From: an uncultured Acidobacteriota bacterium
Lineage (GTDB): Bacteria; Acidobacteriota; Vicinamibacteria; Vicinamibacterales; UBA8438
Length of the DNA stretch: 16,462 nt
Assembly: GCA_913043225.1 (NCBI GenBank)
Contig: CAJWLU010000044.1
Span: 1-16,462 of the forward strand
Reading direction: 5' to 3'
A program made the translations under genes and the position numbers. The notes beneath the pieces were generated by a model, which did no database searches, was not told where the DNA came from, and saw only the letters and a list, made by a program, of their open reading frames with translations. Positions within the stretch are counted from its first letter, which is position 1. Every line of letters begins with the position of its first letter. Below, piece after piece: positions 7,984-15,928 of the stretch.

Positions 7984-9732
7984 ATGGTGCACGCTGGACG
8001 GCAGGCTAGAGGTTGCAGGCTTCGGACTTCAGGCGCTCGACGGCGAGCTACGTCAGGGCGTGATTCTGTGGGGCTTGGCTTCAGCTGCGCCGTGGCGATG
8101 CTGGTTTGCACGGCCTTCGTTGCTGTCGCGTCGTCGGCTTTGGCCCAGGACGTCGGTTTGCTCCGGTCCTCGCTCGAAGAGGTCGCGGCGACCGCAGGGG
8201 AGCCGTCGGTGGTCAGCGCGGGCGGGATAACGCGGGACCAGACGCCCCTGCTGACGCTGGAGAACCCGACGCCGTTCTCCGAGGATGCTGAGCGGCGCCG
8301 GCTTGTGCTGGTGGGCGGGCTCGACGGTTCCGTCGATGGTGCGAGAGCTGTGGTCGGGGCCGTTCGGTGGTTCAAGACGGAGGCGCCCGAGGTCGCCCGT
8401 GACCGGTGGTCGGTGAGCGCGATGCCGCTGGTTGACCCGGGCGGGGTCGGACTCGATGCGGCCGCGCCGCTACCGCCCGAAGAGGGCTACTACGACGACG
8501 GTGACCGCCCCGAGGCGCACTACGTCTGGCGCTGGGTCACTTATCAGGCGCCCGATGTCGTCCTGGTTGTCGGGTCCGGCGCCGACGACACCGGAGATGT
8601 GGAGGGGGCGCTGGCCAGTGCGCTGGCCTCGCATCCAGGCAACCCAGAGCTGGGTCCGGTGCCGGCGCGGGCCGTGGCCCCGGCGCAGTTGCAGGCCACG
8701 GTGCGGGACCTCATTGAGGCGCCGCTTCCGGCCATCTCGCCTCTCCGCCGTTCGGTCGAGCAGCGGATCTCCCGCCCTCCGCTCGACATTGCCCGGTTGC
8801 TGGCGGCCCGCTATCCCGGGCGACCCAGTATGAGCTACATCCCCGGCGCCGCCTGGATTTACACCCTGCGGCTCGCCCGGCTGACGGGCGAGACCGGGTG
8901 GCGAGATAAAGTACTGTCCCAGGTGCAGCCCTGGCTTAGCGGCGAGGAGCCGCTCACTGGAGAACGGGTCAGCTTCGCCAGCCTGGGGGGCGCGATGGTG
9001 TTCGCCGAACTGGCCTCCGAGGGCGGGGCAGAGGCCGCGGCCGCGGCCGATCTGGCTGCCCAGGCCGCAGAGATCGCGCGTGCCGAGAGTGCGCCCGGAG
9101 CACCCGAGCATGGGTCGGGGTGGACCGATGACATGTATCTGGGCACCGTGGTCGCCTCGCTCGCCCGTGATCCGGACGGTATGGATGTGGCGGTCCGGCT
9201 TATCACCCGCTACGCCGGCCTGTTGCAGCAGCAGGATGGCATCTTCCACCACGCGCCCGACGCTCCGGCGCCATGGAGCCGGGGCAACGGTTTCGCGGGC
9301 CTCGGAATGGCCGAGCTCCTGACCGCGTTGCCGACAACCCATCCGGACCGACCGGCCGTGCTTGAGGTCTTCAGACGCCAGATGGAAGGCCTACGTGAAC
9401 ATCAAGCCCTGGACGGCATGTGGTTCCAGGTGGTCGATACACCCGGCAGCTACCGCGAAGGCAGTCTGACGGCACTCGCGGTGACGGCGATGGCGCGTGG
9501 TGTCCGACTGGGCTGGCTGGACGACAGCTATCGCAGGGTGATCGAACGGGCCTGGTTGGCGCTGCTGGCTCACGTCGAGCTCGACGGCGAACTCGTGGAC
9601 GTCTGCATTAGCACCGGTGCGGGGCCGACTCGTCGCTACTACCTTGACCGACCCGCCGTTAACGGCCACGACGACCGCGGCGGCGCGCTGATTCTGGGTG
9701 CCGCACTCGAAGTGCACGCGCTCGGGTTCTAA
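7984..9732 (+). CDS. Exported glycoside hydrolase family 105/88 protein with N-terminal degenerate M14 carboxypeptidase-like domain
   Basis: AGGAG (7973-7977) is best spaced to ATG 7984; alternative starts are 7978 and 8098. Signal ...VAVASSALA-QD. GH105-type motifs WTDDMY (from 9121), GIFHH, WSRGNG (9274-9291), GMWFQVVD, YREGSLTA, DVCIST. Confidence 0.85.
   Translation: MVHAGRQARGCRLRTSGARRRATSGRDSVGLGFSCAVAMLVCTAFVAVASSALAQDVGLLRSSLEEVAATAGEPSVVSAGGITRDQTPLLTLENPTPFSEDAERRRLVLVGGLDGSVDGARAVVGAVRWFKTEAPEVARDRWSVSAMPLVDPGGVGLDAAAPLPPEEGYYDDGDRPEAHYVWRWVTYQAPDVVLVVGSGADDTGDVEGALASALASHPGNPELGPVPARAVAPAQLQATVRDLIEAPLPAISPLRRSVEQRISRPPLDIARLLAARYPGRPSMSYIPGAAWIYTLRLARLTGETGWRDKVLSQVQPWLSGEEPLTGERVSFASLGGAMVFAELASEGGAEAAAAADLAAQAAEIARAESAPGAPEHGSGWTDDMYLGTVVASLARDPDGMDVAVRLITRYAGLLQQQDGIFHHAPDAPAPWSRGNGFAGLGMAELLTALPTTHPDRPAVLEVFRRQMEGLREHQALDGMWFQVVDTPGSYREGSLTALAVTAMARGVRLGWLDDSYRRVIERAWLALLAHVELDGELVDVCISTGAGPTRRYYLDRPAVNGHDDRGGALILGAALEVHALGF
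8002..8036 (+). repeat. Degenerate 7-bp tandem repeat (consensus CAGGCTT, five copies) in the 5' end of the GH105 gene
   Basis: CAGGCTA GAGGTTG CAGGCTT CGGACTT CAGGCGC; same YRGGCTT pattern as the heptads at 1537-1557. Confidence 0.5.
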
Positions 9733-9741
9733 CAGGGTTCC

Positions 9742-11532
9742 CTAATCCGGCAGTGAGAAAACGAACAGGTTGTTCCCTCGGCTGGGTCGGAGCTCAGGCG
9801 TCATCCGCAGGTTGATGCCGGCGCCTGTGCCCGTGGCCACGGCAACATACTGACGGCCGTCGACCGCGTAGGAGACCGGGAAGCCGGTCACTGGCGATCC
9901 GAGGTTGACCTCCCACAAGATCTCTCCGGTGTCCTGATCGAACGCCCGAAATCGACCGTTGGCATCTCCGCCAAACACAAGGCCGCCACCCGTGGCGACC
10001 AGCGACTGCGTCGCCGCGCGCTGTTCGTAGAGCCAGGTCGTGCGGCCCGTCTCGGCCGAGATGGCGCGCACAGTGCCGAGGTGTTCGGTGCCTGGCGCGA
10101 GCTGGTGTCGGGCGGCCAGTGCATAGATGGCAAGCGGTCGCTGTCCGCCTTCGGTCAGGGCCAGCTCACGCTCCCCGCGCGGATTTTGCGTGGACAGCAT
10201 CCGGGCGCACGTGTTTCGCAGCGGGTAGTACATCGTGTTGGTCAGCGGGCTATAGGCGCCCGCCTCCCAGTCTTTGCCCCCGGCCCACGTAGGGCAGGCG
10301 AGCACTTCCTGGCCTAGGTCGGTAAAGACGACCTCGCTGTTCTCCTGCACCGCGCCGGTCCTGCCATCGATGCTGGTAATCACGTTCTGCGGCACGGTCG
10401 GGGTGGCCCAGAGAAACTCACCGGTTTCCCGGTCGAGCGTGTAGACCACACCGGTTTTCCCAGGAATACCGGTCATGACCCGGCGACGCTCGCCTGGCTG
10501 CACATCTGGGTTGATCCAGCTGACCTCGTTCACGTCCGGCGCGACGACGGTATCGACCAGGAGGCGTTCGAACGGATGGTCGAGATCCCAGTGATCGTTC
10601 AGGTGCTGATAGTGCCAGCGGATCTCGCCGGTGTCGACGTCGAGGGCTAGCGTTGAGTTGTGGTACAGGTGCGTATTGTCGACACCTCCCAGTAGGAACT
10701 TCGGCGCCGGTGACGTGACCGATGTGCCCTGATAGATGAGACGTAGCTCAGGGTCGTAGCTCGGTGGCATCCAGGTTCCGACGTGGATCCGCTGTTCCCA
10801 GGGCACGCCGCCCCACGTCTCGTCTCCCGGCTCACCGGGCTTGGGGATGGTGTGCCGGCGCCACAGTTCTTCGCCCGTGCGGGCGTCGTGGGCCACGATG
10901 ACGCACGAGTCTGGACCGCCCATGGGCCGGCAGCTCCGGCCAGAGATCACTTTGCCATCGGCGATGATCGGTCCCGAGCTGTGACCGGCCGGCGTGACCG
11001 TGTAGTCAAAGATCTCGTTCTCCCACGCCAGTGCGCCAGTGACGGCGTCCAAGCCGAATACGTAGTTGTCGTCGCTGGTGTTGATGATGTAACGGTCGTA
11101 GATGGCGATGTTCCGGTTGTTGCGGGCGTTCCCGCCGACATAGTCGTAGACGTCGTCCGGCAGGTCGCGAAGATACTCCCAGATTAGGTCGCCAGACGCG
11201 GCGTCCAGCGCCTGGATGGCATCGCTCGCGTTCGGCATGTACAGCACGCCGTCGTAGACCAGCGGCGTGCCCTCCATCGCGCCGGTGTGCAATGCCCGGG
11301 TCCACGTCAGCCGCAACTGTTTCACATTGTTGCGCCTGATCTCGTCAAGCGGACTGTAGCCCCAGCCGTCGAGGGTCCGTCGCCACATCGGCCAGTCGGC
11401 TGGTGCCGGATCGGCCAGGATGGCATCCGTCACCGGAACGAAGTCGTCGTCCTGAGCGAGGACGGGGCCGGCCAGGGTCAGGAGTAGGGAGGTTAGTAGT
11501 AGCCGAGACGACGTCGGGGGGAGCAAAGACAT
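9742..11532 (-). CDS. PQQ-dependent dehydrogenase family protein (8-bladed PQQ propeller), exported
   Basis: 596 aa. Signal peptide ...LLLTLAGPVLA-QD; GYSPLDEI...NVKQL; MEGTPLVYDGVLY; repeated A-x-D-A-x-T-G-x-x-x-W tryptophan-docking motifs; DHWDLD; GKTG; PVSYAVDGRQYVAVATG. Confidence 0.9.
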   Translation of the reverse strand: MSLLPPTSSRLLLTSLLLTLAGPVLAQDDDFVPVTDAILADPAPADWPMWRRTLDGWGYSPLDEIRRNNVKQLRLTWTRALHTGAMEGTPLVYDGVLYMPNASDAIQALDAASGDLIWEYLRDLPDDVYDYVGGNARNNRNIAIYDRYIINTSDDNYVFGLDAVTGALAWENEIFDYTVTPAGHSSGPIIADGKVISGRSCRPMGGPDSCVIVAHDARTGEELWRRHTIPKPGEPGDETWGGVPWEQRIHVGTWMPPSYDPELRLIYQGTSVTSPAPKFLLGGVDNTHLYHNSTLALDVDTGEIRWHYQHLNDHWDLDHPFERLLVDTVVAPDVNEVSWINPDVQPGERRRVMTGIPGKTGVVYTLDRETGEFLWATPTVPQNVITSIDGRTGAVQENSEVVFTDLGQEVLACPTWAGGKDWEAGAYSPLTNTMYYPLRNTCARMLSTQNPRGERELALTEGGQRPLAIYALAARHQLAPGTEHLGTVRAISAETGRTTWLYEQRAATQSLVATGGGLVFGGDANGRFRAFDQDTGEILWEVNLGSPVTGFPVSYAVDGRQYVAVATGTGAGINLRMTPELRPSRGNNLFVFSLPD

Positions 11533-11534
11533 GG

Positions 11535-12563
11535 CTAGCGACCCTGTTCGCCCGCTAGCTCTCTCTGGCGGGCTCCCCGCAGGATGGTCTCCATGCCGTA
11601 GTTCCCCTCGTGACAGGCGTATTCATAGATCGGATCGGGATTGAGCTGCATCGGCACCTGATAGGTCCACGGCGCACTCCAGGTCGACGGGTCGCTGACC
11701 GTCACCTCATAGAGCAAGACTTCGTTGGATTCGCGTTTGAACCGTTCTACCAAGTCCAGGTCACGCGTGGAGCCACCGCGCATGAAGCTGGTCTCACGGA
11801 GAAAGCTCGTTGTCTCAACGACGAGCGTGTCTCCTTCCCAATGTCCGCGTGCGTCACCGGCCCACAGGTCCAGGTCGACATGCGGTCGTCCGTCCAGCGG
11901 GATGACCCGGGTGTTGTGGTTCATCTCGTTGAAGATCACCACCGTGTTCGGCGTCTGGAACAGCTGCATGTTGTTGTTGTACCCGCCTGGGGTCATCGGC
12001 GGTCCGGAATTGAACCCAGTGATGCAGCGGGCCTGCAGGCCGTTGAGGCCGAGGTCCTCGACCCAGCCGCCTGGTGTCGGCTCGTGAGTTCCGGTGTCCT
12101 TTCGAGCCTCGGCGAGCGCGTCTCTCCGTGCTTGCGCCTCCGCCGTTAGAGGGGGAATCCGTCCGTCGGGTGGATCGATGACGAGCGAGGTGCGGTTGGT
12201 GGCGATGACGGAATCGCCCCGGTCGAACCAAAATTGGTTGTAGGAGCCGGGGGCGCCGTCCTCACCTTGGTCGACGTTGCCGCTGGGATCGATCTGTGTG
12301 CGGCGGGCTGGCCGCGCCGCGAGCTGGTCGTTTCGCTCTGCCGCGGCCTGGTTGCGGCTGGCCGCCTCCTCGGGAGAGAGGAATTCTTGGTCGGCTAGGT
12401 CACGAGGTCGCTCCATCGGCGTGATGGTCCGGAAGTCCCAGACGCCCTGTAGATCAGGCTTGCCCCATGGGGTGCGGGGGGTGTCCTGTGCGGCGCTCTG
12501 TGCTGTGACGAAGAGGGAGAGGACGGCAGCCGTGGCGATAGTCGTGGGCACTCGTCTGTTCAT
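11535..12563 (-). CDS. Conserved exported hypothetical protein (PDLQGVW ... YEYACHEGNY family)
   Basis: 342 aa; GGAG RBS at 12569-12572; signal ...SLFVTAQSAA-QD. Motifs PRTPWGKPDLQGVW, PPDGRIPP, GHWEGDTLVVET, YEYACHEGNY. Ends 2 nt before the PQQ gene start. Confidence 0.85.
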   Translation of the reverse strand: MNRRVPTTIATAAVLSLFVTAQSAAQDTPRTPWGKPDLQGVWDFRTITPMERPRDLADQEFLSPEEAASRNQAAAERNDQLAARPARRTQIDPSGNVDQGEDGAPGSYNQFWFDRGDSVIATNRTSLVIDPPDGRIPPLTAEAQARRDALAEARKDTGTHEPTPGGWVEDLGLNGLQARCITGFNSGPPMTPGGYNNNMQLFQTPNTVVIFNEMNHNTRVIPLDGRPHVDLDLWAGDARGHWEGDTLVVETTSFLRETSFMRGGSTRDLDLVERFKRESNEVLLYEVTVSDPSTWSAPWTYQVPMQLNPDPIYEYACHEGNYGMETILRGARQRELAGEQGR

Positions 12564-12665
12564 CGAAACTCCTTTGTCGAGCGAAGAGGCATTATCGCCG
12601 CATTGTCGGCGGCAGAGCCAGCCGTGGACGCCTTGCCGTGCGAGAATCTCGGGCGAGGAGGGGCG

Positions 12666-13448
12666 ATGAGATTCAGCGTGATGTGGCCGGGCGTCGCGGC
12701 GTGTGGGTTGGCGGTGTCGTGTAGTGGCGGACCTGTGGTCGAGGTTGAGATGGCGGCCCAGGAGGCACCGCCAAATCTGTATGCCGGCTCGCCCTATCTC
12801 GGGGAACTGCGCAATGAGGTCGTCTACGAGGAGATCTGGGAACGCCCGCAGCTATCCAAGCGCGATCGCAGCCTGATCACCATCGGCGTGCTGCAAGCAT
12901 TGGCCCGCGAGGAACTGGCCATCCACATCCCGCGCGGACTCGACAACGGGCTGACCGCGGAAGAGATCTCAGAGATCATCCTCCACGTCACCTTCTACGC
13001 CGGTTGGCCCACCGGGGTGCAGGCGTCGCTGACGGCGGCAGAGGCGTTCGAGGCAAGAGGCATCGTGTTGGGAGAGCTCCCGCGCGCGCCCGAGATCGAG
13101 GAGGTGGCCGGACCGGGCGCCGAGCTAAGTCGGGCGTATGCCTCAGTGCCGCGGCTGGGGGTGTTGCGCAACAGCGTTCTTTATGGGGACGTCTGGGAGC
13201 GCCCGTTGCTCTCGAAGCGGGACCGGAGCATACTGACCATCGCTGTGAACCAGGCGCTCTACGCAACTAATGAACTCCGGACTCATGTCGGCCGGGGTCT
13301 CGACGAAAACGGGGTCACGCCGCAGGAGGTCTCCGAGGTCATCCTCCACGTGACCTTCTACGGGGGCTGGCCTGCGGCGGTCAACGCGGGCCGATTGGCC
13401 ACCGAGGCGTTCGAGGTGCGAGGTGTCGACTTCGCCAGCCTTGAATAG
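12666..13448 (+). CDS. Carboxymuconolactone decarboxylase (CMD) family protein with two tandem CMD domains, probable lipoprotein
   Basis: 260 aa from ATG 12666 (GAGGAG RBS at 12655-12660). N-terminus MRFSVMWPGVAACGLAVS-C. Two copies of W-ERP-x-LSKRDRS ... H-x-x-RGLD-(E)NG ... SE-x-ILHVTFY-x-GWP. No AhpD-type CxxC. Confidence 0.88.
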   Translation: MRFSVMWPGVAACGLAVSCSGGPVVEVEMAAQEAPPNLYAGSPYLGELRNEVVYEEIWERPQLSKRDRSLITIGVLQALAREELAIHIPRGLDNGLTAEEISEIILHVTFYAGWPTGVQASLTAAEAFEARGIVLGELPRAPEIEEVAGPGAELSRAYASVPRLGVLRNSVLYGDVWERPLLSKRDRSILTIAVNQALYATNELRTHVGRGLDENGVTPQEVSEVILHVTFYGGWPAAVNAGRLATEAFEVRGVDFASLE

Positions 13449-13463
13449 CGGAGTCGGCTCGGC

Positions 13464-14267
13464 TCAACGGCCGGCTCTGGTGGGCACCCACCGCTCGGCC
13501 CGGCGCTCGGCTTCGGCGATCTCCGCGGCGGTAAGACGTTCGGCCACCATTTCCCGGTCCAGGAGCAGTACCTCGCGGTCGCCGCCAGCCATATGCAAGG
13601 TGGCTAGCTCGAGCCAGTGGTACGCTTCGACGTCGTCCTGTTCCACGCCGTTGCCGGCTGCATACATCGCTCCGACTTCACCGAGCGCGGTGACCTCGCC
13701 AAGCTGGGCGGCATGGAAATACCACCGGAAGGCCTCGGCCGGGTTCCGGTCGACCCCGTCGCCATCGCGGTATTTCACCCCTAGGTTTATGGCCGAGACT
13801 CCATGGCCGAGTTCGGCGGCTCGACGAAAGAAGCGGACCGATGCGCTGTGGTCCAGGCGGATCGGCTGGTCCACCTGGAACGGTTCAGGTACTCCTTGGT
13901 AGATGACGCCAAGATTGTTCAGCGCGAAGACGTTGTCCTGATCACCCGCCAGCCTGAACCAGCGAACCGCCTCTTCATGGTCCTGCGCTACACCCTGGCC
14001 GAGGAGATAGTAGACGCCGATCGTTAGCTGGGCGTCGGCGTGTCCCTGAGACGCGCTCGAGCGGAACCAGTCGGCGGCGACCGCGAGGTCCTGTTCGAGG
14101 CCTCCTTCGCCGCGCGCGTAGAGACCCGCTAGCTCGAACTGCGCGTTCGGGGCCCCCGCGGTGGCTTGCGCGGTGAGTGAATCCACGTCCGCCTGTCCAG
14201 CGCTTAGGGACGGCAGCGTGAGCCCGACGAGCAGCAGGGCGGCGGTGTGGCGTCCGCGTGAGGACAT
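13464..14267 (-). CDS. Sel1-repeat (TPR-like) protein, exported
   Basis: Five Sel1 units (e.g. AQLTIGVYYLLGQGVAQDHEEAVRWFRLAGDQ; AINLGVKYRDGDGVDRNPAEAFRWYFHAAQLG) and the typical LTAAEIAEAERRA cap. Start ATG 14267 gives signal MSSRGRHTAALLLVGLTLPSLSA; 14318 is possible. Confidence 0.88.
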   Translation of the reverse strand: MSSRGRHTAALLLVGLTLPSLSAGQADVDSLTAQATAGAPNAQFELAGLYARGEGGLEQDLAVAADWFRSSASQGHADAQLTIGVYYLLGQGVAQDHEEAVRWFRLAGDQDNVFALNNLGVIYQGVPEPFQVDQPIRLDHSASVRFFRRAAELGHGVSAINLGVKYRDGDGVDRNPAEAFRWYFHAAQLGEVTALGEVGAMYAAGNGVEQDDVEAYHWLELATLHMAGGDREVLLLDREMVAERLTAAEIAEAERRAERWVPTRAGR

Positions 14268-14365
14268 GGGCGTCTGGATCTGGAGGCATGATACCGCGGC
14301 CGGTGTCGGTTTACGCATGGAGGCGGTATAGTCGGGGGCTATATACGAGCTTGGAGGAGAAGCAG

Positions 14366-15289
14366 ATGAAACGGTTGGTATGTCTAGGAGCGCTGGCGCT
14401 TGTCGGCGTTGTATCGATGGTGACCACGCAGCAAGCGTGGCAGGAGCGGTCCACGCTGGTCGTTACCGAGGTGGCGGAGAACCTCTACATGCTGGGCAAC
14501 GAGCCTGGCGGTCAGGGTATGCGTGGGGGGGGCAATACGGGGATCTTCGTCGGCAGTACGGGGGTCACGCTCGTTGATACGAAGATCTTCGGCTACGGGC
14601 AGGACATCATCCGCCACGTGCGCGAGATTACCGACAAGCCAATCACCACCGTGATTAACACGCACACCCACTACGACCATAGTGGCGGCAACACGGAACT
14701 TCCGGACGCGGTGAACTTCATCGTGCACGAGAACACACTGGCGCAGATGTCGCGCGACAGTTGCGAGCGGGTGACCAACTGCGAGGCATTCCACGGCGGC
14801 AACGCGAAATATCTACCGGAGACCACTTTCACGGACCGTACCACGATCGGTAGCGGCTCCGATCAGATCGATCTCTACTACTTTGGTCGCGGTCACACCG
14901 ATGGCGATACCTGGATCGTCTACCGCAACGCGAGGACCGTGCAGACCGGAGACATGTTCGCCCGCAAAGGGCTGCCGTTCCTGGATGTCGCGAACGGCAA
15001 TGGCAGCGCGCTGGAATTTGGCGAGACTTTGCAGAAGGCCGTCGCCGGGATCAGCGGCGTCGACACGGTCATCCCTGGGCACAACGACGTGCCGCTGGTG
15101 TGGCAGGACGTGGTGAACTACAGCGGCTTCTACAACGACATCGTGGACCGAGCCAAGTCGGCGCAGGCGAACGGCCAGTCGGCCGAGCAGTTCGTGGAGT
15201 CCTACTCTGTACCGAGCCAGTATAGTGATTTCGCCGCTGAACCGGACCGGCTCGCCACGACGGTTGGCTACATCTACGAAGGCCAGTAG
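14366..15289 (+). CDS. Exported MBL-fold metallo-hydrolase (cyclase/B1-like)
   Basis: 307 aa from ATG 14366 (GGAGGAG RBS). Signal MKRLVCLGALALVGVVS. Motifs LVDT, NTHTHYDHSGGN (HxHxDH), GHTDGD, TGD, IPGH. Confidence 0.9.
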   Translation: MKRLVCLGALALVGVVSMVTTQQAWQERSTLVVTEVAENLYMLGNEPGGQGMRGGGNTGIFVGSTGVTLVDTKIFGYGQDIIRHVREITDKPITTVINTHTHYDHSGGNTELPDAVNFIVHENTLAQMSRDSCERVTNCEAFHGGNAKYLPETTFTDRTTIGSGSDQIDLYYFGRGHTDGDTWIVYRNARTVQTGDMFARKGLPFLDVANGNGSALEFGETLQKAVAGISGVDTVIPGHNDVPLVWQDVVNYSGFYNDIVDRAKSAQANGQSAEQFVESYSVPSQYSDFAAEPDRLATTVGYIYEGQ

Positions 15290-15550
15290 CGGCAGTCCTC
15301 CACCGGAGGCAGTGTCCCGACGCTTACCTGTGCCGCGAGTGTGAGTGCAGTGTCCGCATAGCCGTCGTCCCTGCCGACAGCAGTCTCACAACCGTGGATG
15401 CGATGCCAGGGACGCACTGAAACAGAGGCCGGTTGTGCGGAGCACGGGCGACCGCGCACTGGTCTGGCTTTCACAGGCCGTCCGACTCGCGTGCCCGACG
15501 GAGGCGAGTGTTACGCCAGTATGCCGACGGAATGGACCCTGTCGATGCAG

Positions 15551-15928
15551 CTAGTCCGCTTCATACATCTTCCCCGTGAAGGTGCGGGTCGCCAAGTCGA
15601 CCTGGCCCTCGCAACGCAGCCGATCACCGTTCGAGACCGTGAGAAGCGGAATATGAACGTTCCAGCAATGGGCGCCCTCGACTTGTTCCCAGGTGCCTGA
15701 CCCGGAACCGTTCACATAAGGCTTGCCCTCGGGAAAGGCCTGGCCTACCCACTGGACACTTCCGTTGGTGGCACCGTCTGGAACATCGAAAATCAGCGAG
15801 CCAAAGACCGCGCCGTAACCTGTAGCCAGGCCCTCCCAGTGCGCCGTGGAGATGACACCGCCGCCTTCACGGGCTGCATAGGTGCTGGCGACGTGCCGGT
15901 GAGCAAACTCTCCTAGTGGTTCTGACAT
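15551..15928 (-). CDS. Hypothetical protein, 125 aa, predicted beta-rich
   Basis: GGAGG at 15936-15940, 7 nt before ATG. Protein-like composition with Gly/aromatic alternating strands (WEG, GAVFGSL, WVGQAF, GSGTW). No signal peptide. Confidence 0.75.
   Translation of the reverse strand: MSEPLGEFAHRHVASTYAAREGGGVISTAHWEGLATGYGAVFGSLIFDVPDGATNGSVQWVGQAFPEGKPYVNGSGSGTWEQVEGAHCWNVHIPLLTVSNGDRLRCEGQVDLATRTFTGKMYEAD

Noticed and set aside
9742..11532. Naming the PQQ protein xoxF, mxaF, exaA or pedH on the D-x-D motif
   Set aside because: The vicinal disulfide and the canonical Glu and Asn ligands are not evident, so no gene symbol is justified.
14366..15289. Antibiotic-resistance metallo-beta-lactamase
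   Set aside because: HxHxDH with GD in place of the B1 Cys ligand fits the broad MBL-fold hydrolase group, and there is no mobile context.
15291..15390. Recurring GCAGT(G/C)TC words as a mini CRISPR array
   Set aside because: Only 5-9 bp match, spacing is irregular (15292, 15309, 15347, 15380), and no cas genes are present.
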